From positions 1 to 38,031 of the forward strand of contig JBJHDK010000018.1 in assembly GCA_050486505.1 (NCBI GenBank): a stretch of DNA of 38,031 bases, given 5' to 3'. Source of the DNA: Fibrobacteria bacterium (GTDB taxonomy: Bacteria > Fibrobacterota > Fibrobacteria > UBA11236). Below the pieces are notes generated by a model. The model saw only the letters and a list, made by a program, of their open reading frames with translations. It was not told where the DNA came from and ran no database searches. The translations under genes and the position numbers were made by a program. Position 1 is the first letter of the stretch, and each line of letters opens with the position of its first letter. This document shows positions 18,039 through 31,499 of the stretch, piece by piece.

Positions 18039-19505
18039 TTACGCCGCCGCTTCCGCCAGCGAATGGTTCTTCGACTCGAGGCGACTCGGCTGGCCGGTCA
18101 GGAAGGCGTCCACCGAACGCGCGCATTCGCGGCCCTCGGAGATGGCCCAGACCACCAGCGATTGCCCGCGACGCATGTCGCCCGCCGCGAACACCCCATC
18201 CACCGACGTGCGATAGTCCTGCGTGTTCGCCTTGGCGTTGCCGCGCTCATCCTTCTCCACACCGAGCTGGTCCAGGATATTGTGCTCGGGATGCAGGAAG
18301 CCCATGGCGAGATACACCCGCTCGGCGGGCATCTCGAACTCGCTGCCGGGGATTTCGGTGAACTTGGGGCCGTTCCACTCCAGGCGCACGGCGCGGATGG
18401 CGCGCACATTGCCCTCGGCATCCTTGAGGAACTCCTTGGAGAGCACGGACCAGTCGCGTTGGCAGCCTTCCGCCTGCGAGCTCGAGGTGGAGAGCATGCG
18501 CGGCCCCGGATGCGTCGGCCACGGGGTGTCGACCGTGCGTGTTTCGGGCGGCTTCGGCAGCAGCTCGATCTGGGTCACCGACTTCGCGCCATGGCGAATC
18601 GAGGTTCCCACGCAGTCGGATCCCGTGTCACCGCCGCCGATGACCACGACGTGCTTGTCGGTCGAGAGGATCTCCTCTTCCTTCGGGATGGTGTCGCCGG
18701 CCACGCGCTTGTTGTTCTGCGTGAGGAACTGCATGGCAGGATAGACCCCCCTCGCATCGCGTCCCGGAATGGGAAGATCGCGCGCGAGGGTGGAGCCGCC
18801 GGTGAGCACGATGGCGTCGAACTCCTTGCGGAGATCCTCGGCCTTGACGTTCACGCCCACGTTCGCGTTGGTCTTGAAGGTCACGCCTTCCTCGGTCATG
18901 AGGTCGACGCGCTTCTGTACCCACTTCTTTTCCATCTTGAAATCGGGAATCCCGTAGCGCAGCAGACCGCCGATACGGTCGGCGCGCTCGAAGACGGTCA
19001 CGAGGTGCCCGGCCTTGTTCAGCTGGTCGGCGGCGGCGAGACCCGCCGGACCCGACCCGACCACCGCGACCTTCTTGCCCGTGCGGAACTCGGGGGGACG
19101 GGGCTTCATCCACCCCTGCGACCAAGCGTAATCGATGATCGAAACCTCGATGTTCTTGATGGTCACCGGGGGCTTGTTGATGCCGAGCACGCATGCCGAC
19201 TCGCAAGGAGCCGGACAAATGCGTCCCGTGAACTCGGGGAAGTTGTTGGTCGAAAGCAGGCTCTTCAGGGCCGCCTCCCACTTCCCGCGGTACACATGGT
19301 CGTTGAAGTCGGGAATGATGTTCCCGAGCGGACATCCCGTGTGGCAGAACGGAATGCCGCAGTCCATGCAACGGGCACCCTGGGTCTGCACCTCTTCGGT
19401 GGAAAGCGGCACCACGAACTCTTCGTAGTTCTTGACGCGCTCTTCCACGGGCTTGTAGGCGGGAACTTTCCGCGGAAACTCCTTGAATCCTGTCGTCTTG
19501 CCCAT
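18039..19505 (-). CDS. gltD: Glutamate synthase small subunit
   Basis: [60 protein letters not shown]. Confidence 0.98.
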   Translation of the reverse strand: MGKTTGFKEFPRKVPAYKPVEERVKNYEEFVVPLSTEEVQTQGARCMDCGIPFCHTGCPLGNIIPDFNDHVYRGKWEAALKSLLSTNNFPEFTGRICPAPCESACVLGINKPPVTIKNIEVSIIDYAWSQGWMKPRPPEFRTGKKVAVVGSGPAGLAAADQLNKAGHLVTVFERADRIGGLLRYGIPDFKMEKKWVQKRVDLMTEEGVTFKTNANVGVNVKAEDLRKEFDAIVLTGGSTLARDLPIPGRDARGVYPAMQFLTQNNKRVAGDTIPKEEEILSTDKHVVVIGGGDTGSDCVGTSIRHGAKSVTQIELLPKPPETRTVDTPWPTHPGPRMLSTSSSQAEGCQRDWSVLSKEFLKDAEGNVRAIRAVRLEWNGPKFTEIPGSEFEMPAERVYLAMGFLHPEHNILDQLGVEKDERGNAKANTQDYRTSVDGVFAAGDMRRGQSLVVWAISEGRECARSVDAFLTGQPSRLESKNHSLAEAAA

Positions 19506-19510
19506 GTCGC

Positions 19511-24037
<4,527 letters not shown>

Positions 24038-24162
24038 GGCGTTACCTCTTCACTTGAAAGACGCGGCGGATGGAACCCGGAGGGTTCGTGCCTGGATCCG
24101 AGCCGTGACCGAACCGGCGGGGCAAAGGTAGGAAAAATCACCGGGATTTCCCCCGGCCGACA

Positions 24163-24729
24163 TCACCAGGACGCGACAAAACGCAGGAAATCGCTGCCAC
24201 CCGCCATCCAATGTTCCGCCGGGGACTCCAGCAGGCGGCGCACATCGCCCCTCCACACTTCCCAGGCGCCTGACTCGACTTCCGCCTCGAGTTGTCCTTT
24301 CCCCCAACCGGAGTACCCCAAAAAGAGGCGCAGACTCCGGGGGTCCCGTGAGAGGAATTCTTCGATCTCCGTCCAGGTTCCCCCCAAATACACCTCCGGA
24401 ACGATCTCCATCGACTGCGGCGCGGGATCCGGGCCGATCTGCAGGATTTGCAGCTCGGACGCCTGCACGGGGCCGCCGAGATGGATGGGGCGACTTGCAT
24501 CGTTTGGGGAGACCGTGTCGGGAAGACCTTCGAAAACCTCGCGAAGCGGCATGCGCGACGCACGGTTCAGCACCAGACCATAAGCCCCTTCCTCGTCGTA
24601 GTGGCAGATCAGGACCAACGTGCCCTTGAAGTTCGGATCAGTCAAGGCGTCGCGCGCCACGAGGATCGCCCCGTGTTCAAGACGGCGTTTCTGGACCTCC
24701 GGGATAAAGGCGTCTGGAGCGGAATGCAT
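24163..24729 (-). CDS. YqgE/AlgH family protein (UPF0301)
   Basis: DPNF..TLVLICHY...GAYGLVLNR, GGPV, LGYSGWG.GQLE.E. Start ATG 24729 lies 6 nt after TATTTT. Confidence 0.92.
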   Translation of the reverse strand: MHSAPDAFIPEVQKRRLEHGAILVARDALTDPNFKGTLVLICHYDEEGAYGLVLNRASRMPLREVFEGLPDTVSPNDASRPIHLGGPVQASELQILQIGPDPAPQSMEIVPEVYLGGTWTEIEEFLSRDPRSLRLFLGYSGWGKGQLEAEVESGAWEVWRGDVRRLLESPAEHWMAGGSDFLRFVASW

Positions 24730-24857
24730 GGTGGAAAAATAACGCAAGGCCGGCCCGCGCGAAGTAATCAGAACCGCGCAGACACCCGTTTGGCTAGCTT
24801 TTCCCGGCCTCCGTTCCCGTTTTCATCTCCATTCAAACCCCGGACCCTGAATTCATC

Positions 24858-25556
24858 ATGCCTCTTCCCTCCGGACTTTCTTCCTACGAATTCCAGCGTA
24901 CCTTGGTTCCCAGCCGCGATCTCCCCCACTATTTCCACCTGCGCCTTGTGAAGGATGAGAAGGGCTTGCCTGCCCTGCTTGAACCGGAAACACCGAAACC
25001 GGAACCTCTGGATCTGGAGACGTTCTTCGGAACGAAAGGGCCGATCGAAATCGAAATCGGATGCGGCAAGGGCACATTTTTCACGCGCTACTGCGAAAAC
25101 CACCCGGAACTCCCATTCCTTGCTCTCGAGTGGGAAGCCGAGTTCGCCTATTACTCCGCCGAACGACTCGCCCGGCGCCCCCATCTCAAGCATGCACGCG
25201 TGGTGCTCGGCGACGCTGTGCCGTTCTTTCGCGACTTCCTCCCCGAATCCTGCGCCCAAGCCATTCACATCTACTTCCCCGATCCCTGGCCGAAGAAGCG
25301 GCACCACAAGCACCGCATCATCCGGCCGGAGTTTCTGGAGTTGATGCGACGGGTTGCCATTCCAGGCGCTCCATTCTTCTTCGGAACAGACCATCCCGAG
25401 TACAACGCGGCCGCGCGGGAGCTTTTCGCGGCGACTCCCTGGCTCGAGATGGTCGATCCCGATGCCGAACCCACTGAGGGTATTCAAACGAACTTCGAGA
25501 TCAAGTACCGTAAGATCGGAAAACCGATCTACCGGTGCGTCCTCAACATCACGTAG
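24858..25556 (+). CDS. trmB: tRNA (guanine-N7)-methyltransferase
   Basis: EIGCGKG, FPDPWPKKRHHKHR, TDH..Y, TNFE.KY motifs. Confidence 0.95.
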   Translation: MPLPSGLSSYEFQRTLVPSRDLPHYFHLRLVKDEKGLPALLEPETPKPEPLDLETFFGTKGPIEIEIGCGKGTFFTRYCENHPELPFLALEWEAEFAYYSAERLARRPHLKHARVVLGDAVPFFRDFLPESCAQAIHIYFPDPWPKKRHHKHRIIRPEFLELMRRVAIPGAPFFFGTDHPEYNAAARELFAATPWLEMVDPDAEPTEGIQTNFEIKYRKIGKPIYRCVLNIT

Positions 25557-25872
25557 CGGCACCACCCCCCGGGCACCCGACCGGGCTTCGACGGAACCCG
25601 AAACAGGTCCGAAATGGGAGAATGAAAGCGCGTTATTCCGCATGAATGGCGTTTTATCCGGCTTTTTCTTCTGATACGGTCGGGGTGTTCACATCTGGCA
25701 ACAGTTTTTGCCCGGGATTTCCATTTGGCAGAAATTTAACCCGCTATCTTCAATCTTGTCGTTTTGTCGTGATTATGCGGCATCATGTTGACTTATCGTC
25801 GCAAAAAACATGATGCGCATCGCAAAAAATGTTTTCCGCTCGCCACGTTGCGGGCGCTTGAAGGAGCGAAAA

Positions 25873-27006
25873 ATGAGACTGCAAGAACTTCGCGCACTTG
25901 GCTTGGCAGCAGTGGCCGCCGTCGCCTTCGGAGTCGCGGGTTGCATGGAGCAAGATTCCAAGACGCCGCTGCAACCTGCACACGACGAAGCGGCCCTGAT
26001 TGCCACCAGTCATTCGGGACAGCGGGGGATCGAGCGCGCCATCGAGGCCCAGAAAAAAGCCAATGCCGTGCTTTTGAACAAGCTTGGCATCGTCGGTACG
26101 GGCTCGACGCTGAACGAGGAAGGCCTGCCCGCCGTTCTGATTTTCGTGGAAGATTCGGCGATGGTTGCCGGACTGCCCGACAGCGTGGACGGGCTCCCTG
26201 TGATTCCCGAAGTGACCGGAAAGGTCTATGCGCTTGAGGGTAGCGACGATCCGCCGCTTCCCTCCCCTTCCTGTTATGAGGGCAGCACGACTGCGAGCAC
26301 GCCGCGCCCCGTGCCCATCGGAGTGTCCGCCGGCATCGTCGGCTACAGCGGAGGAACCTACGGTGTCCGCGTGTTCGATCCGCAGGGCAATCTGTACATG
26401 CTCAGCAACAACCACACATTCGCGGGCAGAAATGCCGCTCCCATCGGAACCTACGCCGTGCAGCCCCGTCCCGCCGACGGCGGAAGGTTCCCGGCGGATA
26501 CCGTGGGCAACCTTGCGGACTTCGAGCCGCTGTTGTTTTGCCGTGTTGAACTCGATGCAAGTCCCGGGGACTGGGAACAATGCCCGATCAACATCATGGA
26601 CGCGGCCATCGTTGCGACGACTGCGGCTTTGGCCGGCAACGCGACCCCCTGCGACGGCTACGGGATCCCTTCCGGTACACCGGCGGAGGCGCGCAATGGC
26701 CTTCGCATCAAGAAGTACGGGAGAACCACGGGCATGACCGTGGCAACAGTGCATGGCGTGAACGTGACCGTGAACGTGAACTTCGGAACCTATTCGGATG
26801 GCGCCTACCGGATCGTCCGTTTCGAGAACCAGATCTTCACCCGCCACAAAGGGTTCTCCGACAGCGGGGACTCCGGCTCCCTGGTCGTCACGGATCGCGG
26901 CAACGAGCCGGTCGGGCTGGTTTTTGCCGGAAGCGCGACATCGACCTTCATCAACCCCATCGGCCCCATCCTCGAGCGCTTCAACGTCTCGATCGACGGG
27001 ATTTGA
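25873..27006 (+). CDS. Lipoprotein trypsin-like (clan PA) serine protease with N-terminal prodomain
   Basis: AAGGAG SD, lipobox VAG-C, catalytic motifs SNNH (His), MDAA (Asp), GDSGS (Ser), plus KYGRTTG. Confidence 0.85.
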   Translation: MRLQELRALGLAAVAAVAFGVAGCMEQDSKTPLQPAHDEAALIATSHSGQRGIERAIEAQKKANAVLLNKLGIVGTGSTLNEEGLPAVLIFVEDSAMVAGLPDSVDGLPVIPEVTGKVYALEGSDDPPLPSPSCYEGSTTASTPRPVPIGVSAGIVGYSGGTYGVRVFDPQGNLYMLSNNHTFAGRNAAPIGTYAVQPRPADGGRFPADTVGNLADFEPLLFCRVELDASPGDWEQCPINIMDAAIVATTAALAGNATPCDGYGIPSGTPAEARNGLRIKKYGRTTGMTVATVHGVNVTVNVNFGTYSDGAYRIVRFENQIFTRHKGFSDSGDSGSLVVTDRGNEPVGLVFAGSATSTFINPIGPILERFNVSIDGI

Positions 27007-27041
27007 TCGGACGAAGCCGCTCCTGAAACGATACCGCCACG

Positions 27042-27071
27042 ACTCCGCCCCAACGGGGGCGGAGTTTTTTT
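27042..27071 (+). terminator. Intrinsic terminator after the protease gene
   Basis: ACTCCGCCCC-AACG-GGGGCGGAGT followed by TTTTTT. Confidence 0.9.
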
Positions 27072-27075
27072 GTGG

Positions 27076-27909
27076 TCAATGCCTTCGACTTCCCCGCCGG
27101 ATGATGCCCGGCAGCACGTCGCGATGCCAGGCGACCCATTCCGTGTAATGCCGGTACTCTTTCTCCCGCCTCCGAAACTCGCGGCCGTGCACGATGCGTC
27201 GTCCCCCCCCTTCTTCGGGCGGAAGCACGATGTGAAGGCACTCGTGGTATACCACGCCTCCCACGATCTCGGGCGTGGCGGAAGGGTGGTCGTATCCGCG
27301 GCTGATGGTCAGCAGGGGGTATGTGTTGCCGTCTCCATCCCTGGCCATGGTTTGCGTCGAGAGCCCGCCCCAGCGCCGCGACCAGGTGATGCGGGCACGC
27401 AGGGATCCCCCGAAATACTCCGCGTTGACGGCAGCGAGAACCCCCTCGAGGTCATGATGCGTTCCCTTGGGTTGAAGCCGCTGCAATCGACGCTCGCGAC
27501 GCCCGTTCGCGAGTTTGGCCGCGTGGGGATCCAGCGCGTGAAAGGAGTCGAGCCATGCATGCAGACGCGTCTCGATCAGCTTGCGCTCCCTGCGCGTGTT
27601 GATCGTGTTGCGGACTTGCGCCAGCCGCGACCACGCGACGAACTGGACAAGGATATCGTCAGGGGCATCGAGAACGGCACGCGGAACCTTGAGAATCGGG
27701 GGTTCGCCCCGCTTCCATTCCAACTTCCAGCCTTGCCGCAGGCGCGGGATCGTAACAACCCGGATGTGCACACCGGCGCAGGCCTTCTGCCAGCGGGTGG
27801 CAAAATCGGCATCGGGACCGGGAATGTCGGCATGGCGGGGAACGGGTGCCGGAAACGGCGGAGACTCCGGCTGCGGACCGAAGAGCGAAGTTTGCAGCCA
27901 GCGGATCAC
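27076..27909 (-). CDS. SprT/YgjP-like zinc metallopeptidase domain protein
   Basis: GTG start overlapping the upstream stop (GTGA); NAEYFGG..ITWS, VVYHECLH (HExxH), HGREFRRRE. Confidence 0.75.
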   Translation of the reverse strand: MIRWLQTSLFGPQPESPPFPAPVPRHADIPGPDADFATRWQKACAGVHIRVVTIPRLRQGWKLEWKRGEPPILKVPRAVLDAPDDILVQFVAWSRLAQVRNTINTRRERKLIETRLHAWLDSFHALDPHAAKLANGRRERRLQRLQPKGTHHDLEGVLAAVNAEYFGGSLRARITWSRRWGGLSTQTMARDGDGNTYPLLTISRGYDHPSATPEIVGGVVYHECLHIVLPPEEGGGRRIVHGREFRRREKEYRHYTEWVAWHRDVLPGIIRRGSRRH

Positions 27910-28355
27910 GGAGCGAGGAGCTTGAGCACGTCCTTGAGGCCGTCGCGGATGGCCACGAGATTCTTGCGGAGTTCGGGGGGCATCCCCTGCGGTTGATTCT
28001 TCGCAGGGGCGTCCGAGGTGTCCGCCGCCGAGGACGGGGAATCCGGCGTCCCGGCCACGGCTTTCAGCAAGCTCGTCTGCCCGGAAACCTCTTCGAATGT
28101 GAGTTCGGAGAGTTTCTTCTTCGCCCCTTGCAGGGTGTACTTCTCCTCGTGGAGCAAATGCCGGATGTAGCGGATGTATTCGATCTCGCGCGTGCGGTAG
28201 GCGCGGTTTCCGGCCCGGTTCTTGCGCGGACGCATTTGGGGGAACTCCGTCTCCCAGTAGCGCAGCACATGGGGCTCGAGACCCGTCATGCGACAGACTT
28301 CGGAGATGGAGTAATAGAGCTTTCCCTGCTCGAGCCGCTCGAGAAGCTTGCTCAT
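27906..28355 (-). CDS. MerR-family HTH transcriptional regulator
   Basis: KLYYSISEV...LEPHVLRYWETEF...PRKNRAGNRAY...LLHEEKYTLQGAK; ATGA overlap with plsY. Confidence 0.92.
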   Translation of the reverse strand: MSKLLERLEQGKLYYSISEVCRMTGLEPHVLRYWETEFPQMRPRKNRAGNRAYRTREIEYIRYIRHLLHEEKYTLQGAKKKLSELTFEEVSGQTSLLKAVAGTPDSPSSAADTSDAPAKNQPQGMPPELRKNLVAIRDGLKDVLKLLAP

Positions 28356-28966
28356 GATGCCTTGCCCCGGAACTTCGGTTCTGTTCCCCGCACAAGGCGG
28401 ACGATATTCGAGCGATGGCGCACAATGACAAAGGCGCATACCGGAAGCGCCGCCCAGAAGGTCGGGGATGCGAACGCACCGACCGGGGACTCCAGCGCGA
28501 TGAACGCCGGGAGCACGACGGCCGCGGCAATCGACGCCAGGCTGACGAAGCGGAACAGGCCCATGGTCGCGGCCCATACAACGAGTGCTGCAAGACTTGC
28601 CACGGGGCTAAGATAAAGAAAAACCCCGAATCCCGTGAGCACTCCCTTCCCCCCCCGGAAGCCGATCCAGAAAGAGAAGGAGTGACCCAGCACCGCCGCA
28701 ACCCCCGCAAGCAATGCCCAGATCTCCATGCCGGTCAGCAGCATGCCGGTCGCGGCGGCCGCCACGCCTTTGAGCGCGTCCAGAAGCGCCACCGTGATTC
28801 CGGGTTTCCAACCGAGGGTCCGCCAGACATTGGTCATTCCGGGGTTGCCGCTCCCGACGGTGAGGATGTCGACGCCCCGTGACCGACTGATCCACAAGGC
28901 GAACGGCAGGGCCCCGAGGACATAGCCGAAGAACAGGGCGAGCGAAGAAAGCCAGGGTGCGACCAT
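28352..28966 (-). CDS. plsY: Glycerol-3-phosphate acyltransferase
   Basis: GSGNPGMTNVWR, DALKG, GH...FRGGKGV, HRSNI.RL..GTE motifs. Confidence 0.96.
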   Translation of the reverse strand: MVAPWLSSLALFFGYVLGALPFALWISRSRGVDILTVGSGNPGMTNVWRTLGWKPGITVALLDALKGVAAAATGMLLTGMEIWALLAGVAAVLGHSFSFWIGFRGGKGVLTGFGVFLYLSPVASLAALVVWAATMGLFRFVSLASIAAAVVLPAFIALESPVGAFASPTFWAALPVCAFVIVRHRSNIVRLVRGTEPKFRGKAS

Positions 28967-30420
28967 CAGTGTTTCTCCTCGATATCAGTGCCGGAGGTCG
29001 CGGCAGTGTCGGGGTCGTACAGCTCGTCCCGCGCATCGTCCCATTCCTGGAAGCCTGTGCGCACCCCGCGCACATAGGCCGCGAGTTCCTCGTCGGTGCG
29101 CAACTGGAAACGGCTGCGGAACCAGATACGCAGCGGGACACCCTTGAGGTCGAAAAACTCCATGGCCTTGCGGCGCAGGTAGCGGACATAACTCGGCAAG
29201 ACGCGCTCGGGGTGGGAGACTTCGAAGGCAAGGGCCACGGGATCAACCATCACCTGGCAGCAACGCTGCAGGCGCGCGGGACCCTGCGAGGTCGAGGGAT
29301 GCGGATAAGCGTCGACGGTTTCGTGAAAGAAGCGGATGACATTGTCACGACCGAGAATCCGGGAGAGGTTTGCCTTCACTTCGAAGGCAAGATCGAGCAC
29401 GCGTTGCACTCGCTTCCCGGTCAGGGCAGAGATCGCCACGAAAGGCACTCCCTCAAGCTCGGGGTTGCGCTGCAGGATGTCGCGCACGGTATGGTCGAAG
29501 GTTTTGTCGCCCGCTTCGACCAAATCCCATTTGTTGAGGCCAATGATCAGCCCCTTGCCGGCCTCCTGCACCTTCTGGCAGATGCGGTAATCCTGCTCGC
29601 CGATGTCGTCGGGCGTGTCGATCAGCAGAAGGCACACCTGGCTGCGGCGGATGGCTTCGAGGGCGCGCAGGTTCGAAAACTTTTCGACCTCGTCATGAAC
29701 CCTGGCCTTTTTACGCAGGCCGGCAGTGTCGGTGAGCAGCACGCGACGGCCTTTGTACTCGAACTCCGTGTCGATGGCGTCGCGCGTGGTGCCCGCCTTT
29801 TCGGACGTGATGACGCGGTTTTCGCCTAGAAGCGCGTTGACCAGCGTGCTCTTGCCCGCATTCGGACGTCCCAGCACGGCGAGGCGCAGCGTTTCATCTG
29901 CAGCGTGTTCGCGCTCTCCCGCGTCGGGCAGCATCGTGACGATTTTATCGAGCATGTCGCGGATCCCGAACCCCGAAATGGCGGAAACCGGCAGGGGTTC
30001 CCCCATGCCAAGGCTCCAGGCCTCCACGGCCTCGCGCGCGGTTTCAGGGCGCTCGGATTTGTTGACGAGCAGCAGGACCGGCCGTTTGCGACGCATCACC
30101 ATGCGCGCGAACTCCTGATCCTGCGCGGTCACGCCTGTGCGACCGTCGATGACGAAAAGGATGACGGCGGCTTCGTCAAGCGCGGCACCGATCTGGTTCC
30201 TGACCTGTTCATCAACGCCGTCCTCTCCACGCGGCATGAAGCCGCCCGTGTCGACGACGCGGAAATAGCGACCGTCGTATTCCTTGTCCTGATAGTGACG
30301 ATCGCGGGTCACGCCCTCGCGATCGGAAACCACGGCAGCGCGGCGGCCCAGAATCCGGTTGAAAATGCTCGATTTGCCCACATTGGGGCGGCCGGCGATA
30401 ACGACGCAGGGAAGGCTCAT
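28966..30420 (-). CDS. der: Ribosome biogenesis double GTPase Der/EngA
   Basis: Two G domains (GRPNVGKS/DTGG/NKSE and GRPNAGKS/DTAG/NKWD) plus a KH-like C-terminus; start taken at MSLPCVVIAG. Confidence 0.97.
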   Translation of the reverse strand: MSLPCVVIAGRPNVGKSSIFNRILGRRAAVVSDREGVTRDRHYQDKEYDGRYFRVVDTGGFMPRGEDGVDEQVRNQIGAALDEAAVILFVIDGRTGVTAQDQEFARMVMRRKRPVLLLVNKSERPETAREAVEAWSLGMGEPLPVSAISGFGIRDMLDKIVTMLPDAGEREHAADETLRLAVLGRPNAGKSTLVNALLGENRVITSEKAGTTRDAIDTEFEYKGRRVLLTDTAGLRKKARVHDEVEKFSNLRALEAIRRSQVCLLLIDTPDDIGEQDYRICQKVQEAGKGLIIGLNKWDLVEAGDKTFDHTVRDILQRNPELEGVPFVAISALTGKRVQRVLDLAFEVKANLSRILGRDNVIRFFHETVDAYPHPSTSQGPARLQRCCQVMVDPVALAFEVSHPERVLPSYVRYLRRKAMEFFDLKGVPLRIWFRSRFQLRTDEELAAYVRGVRTGFQEWDDARDELYDPDTAATSGTDIEEKH

Positions 30421-30553
30421 GTGCTGGTTTCGGTCAGGTGTCCAAGTGGTCGGATTTTCAAAGCGTTGGAAGTTAGAAATGACGCGGCCCGCCTCTGGTA
30501 GCCCGCCTGATGTCGGCGCGCCGACCATGGTGCATCATTCCTAATTTCCCCGA

Positions 30554-31462
30554 ATGCCTCCGCCTGGCCGCCACCTCCCCCGCATCGTCGGTTACACCCT
30601 CGTTTTGGGGGTCCTGCTGCTCATCATGACGTTACTGGGGCATGCAGTGCGCGAGTTCACGAAGCCGCACAGGGAAATTTCCGTCGCCTTTCCCGAGATC
30701 TCCACCTTGATGCAGGGGGATGCCGTTGTGGAGCAAGGCGTTCCTGTGGGCCACGTCGGCAAGACCGGGTTCCGCGACGGGCTCACCGTCACTTCACTGG
30801 AACTTCATCACCGCAGGCCGCTCGGCAGCGACACCCGGTTCCTGAGCATCAGCCATTCGCTCATGGGAGCCCGTCAGGTTTGGATCGTGCCGGGGAACTC
30901 TCCGGATCCTCTCGACGAATCCGTCGTACATGCCGGTGTTTTCGTTCCGTCGCTGGTGGACAGGATGCATGAAGCGGAAAGCTTGGTCACGGCCGTGGCG
31001 GAAATCGAACAGTCTCTCGGAGGCCTGTTACAGGCGGATAATGGCATTGCATCCTTGGCGAACAGCGATCAAGCATTCATTCTTCTCATACGCGATCTGG
31101 ACACCTTGGCCAGAAGGTTGGCATTGGCATCGGGAACATGGAAGGGAGCGCTACAGGAAGTGAACGCAATGCTCGCCTCGGCAGGAATGATGACCACCCA
31201 CATGGAGCAACGTACGGATATCGTGGGTATCGCGCTGGAGGAACATCTCCGAACATTCGGCAACATCCTGTCAAGAGTCGAAGCCACCGCAGGCAGGCTG
31301 GAGACTTTCCTTGAAACACTGAACGCCCCCGAAACACTTCCCGGAGCGCTCGGTGATGTAAGGCTTTACAACGATCTCGCCGATGGAATCAAAGGGCTCG
31401 GAGAAGCCGTACGTTCACTCAATGACGAGGGGGTTTCGGATATCCGGCCAAGGCGCCGTTAA
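30554..31462 (+). CDS. MlaD/MCE-domain protein
   Basis: N-terminal TM helix, F.EISTL..GD.V...GVPVGHV, SLMGARQVWIVPG, long helical tail with LYNDL. Confidence 0.75.
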   Translation: MPPPGRHLPRIVGYTLVLGVLLLIMTLLGHAVREFTKPHREISVAFPEISTLMQGDAVVEQGVPVGHVGKTGFRDGLTVTSLELHHRRPLGSDTRFLSISHSLMGARQVWIVPGNSPDPLDESVVHAGVFVPSLVDRMHEAESLVTAVAEIEQSLGGLLQADNGIASLANSDQAFILLIRDLDTLARRLALASGTWKGALQEVNAMLASAGMMTTHMEQRTDIVGIALEEHLRTFGNILSRVEATAGRLETFLETLNAPETLPGALGDVRLYNDLADGIKGLGEAVRSLNDEGVSDIRPRRR

Positions 31463-31499
31463 GACGCAGAGGCGTGACATTTCACGGCGTTCCGACAGG

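Noticed and set aside
25696..25711. Possible sigma54 promoter TGGCAACAGTTTTTGC upstream of the protease
   Set aside because: GG-to-GC spacing is 11 nt rather than the required 10.
27910..28710. Extension of the metallopeptidase ORF to 544 aa
   Set aside because: Overlaps merR-like and plsY; a coupled GTG start at 27909 explains the gene.
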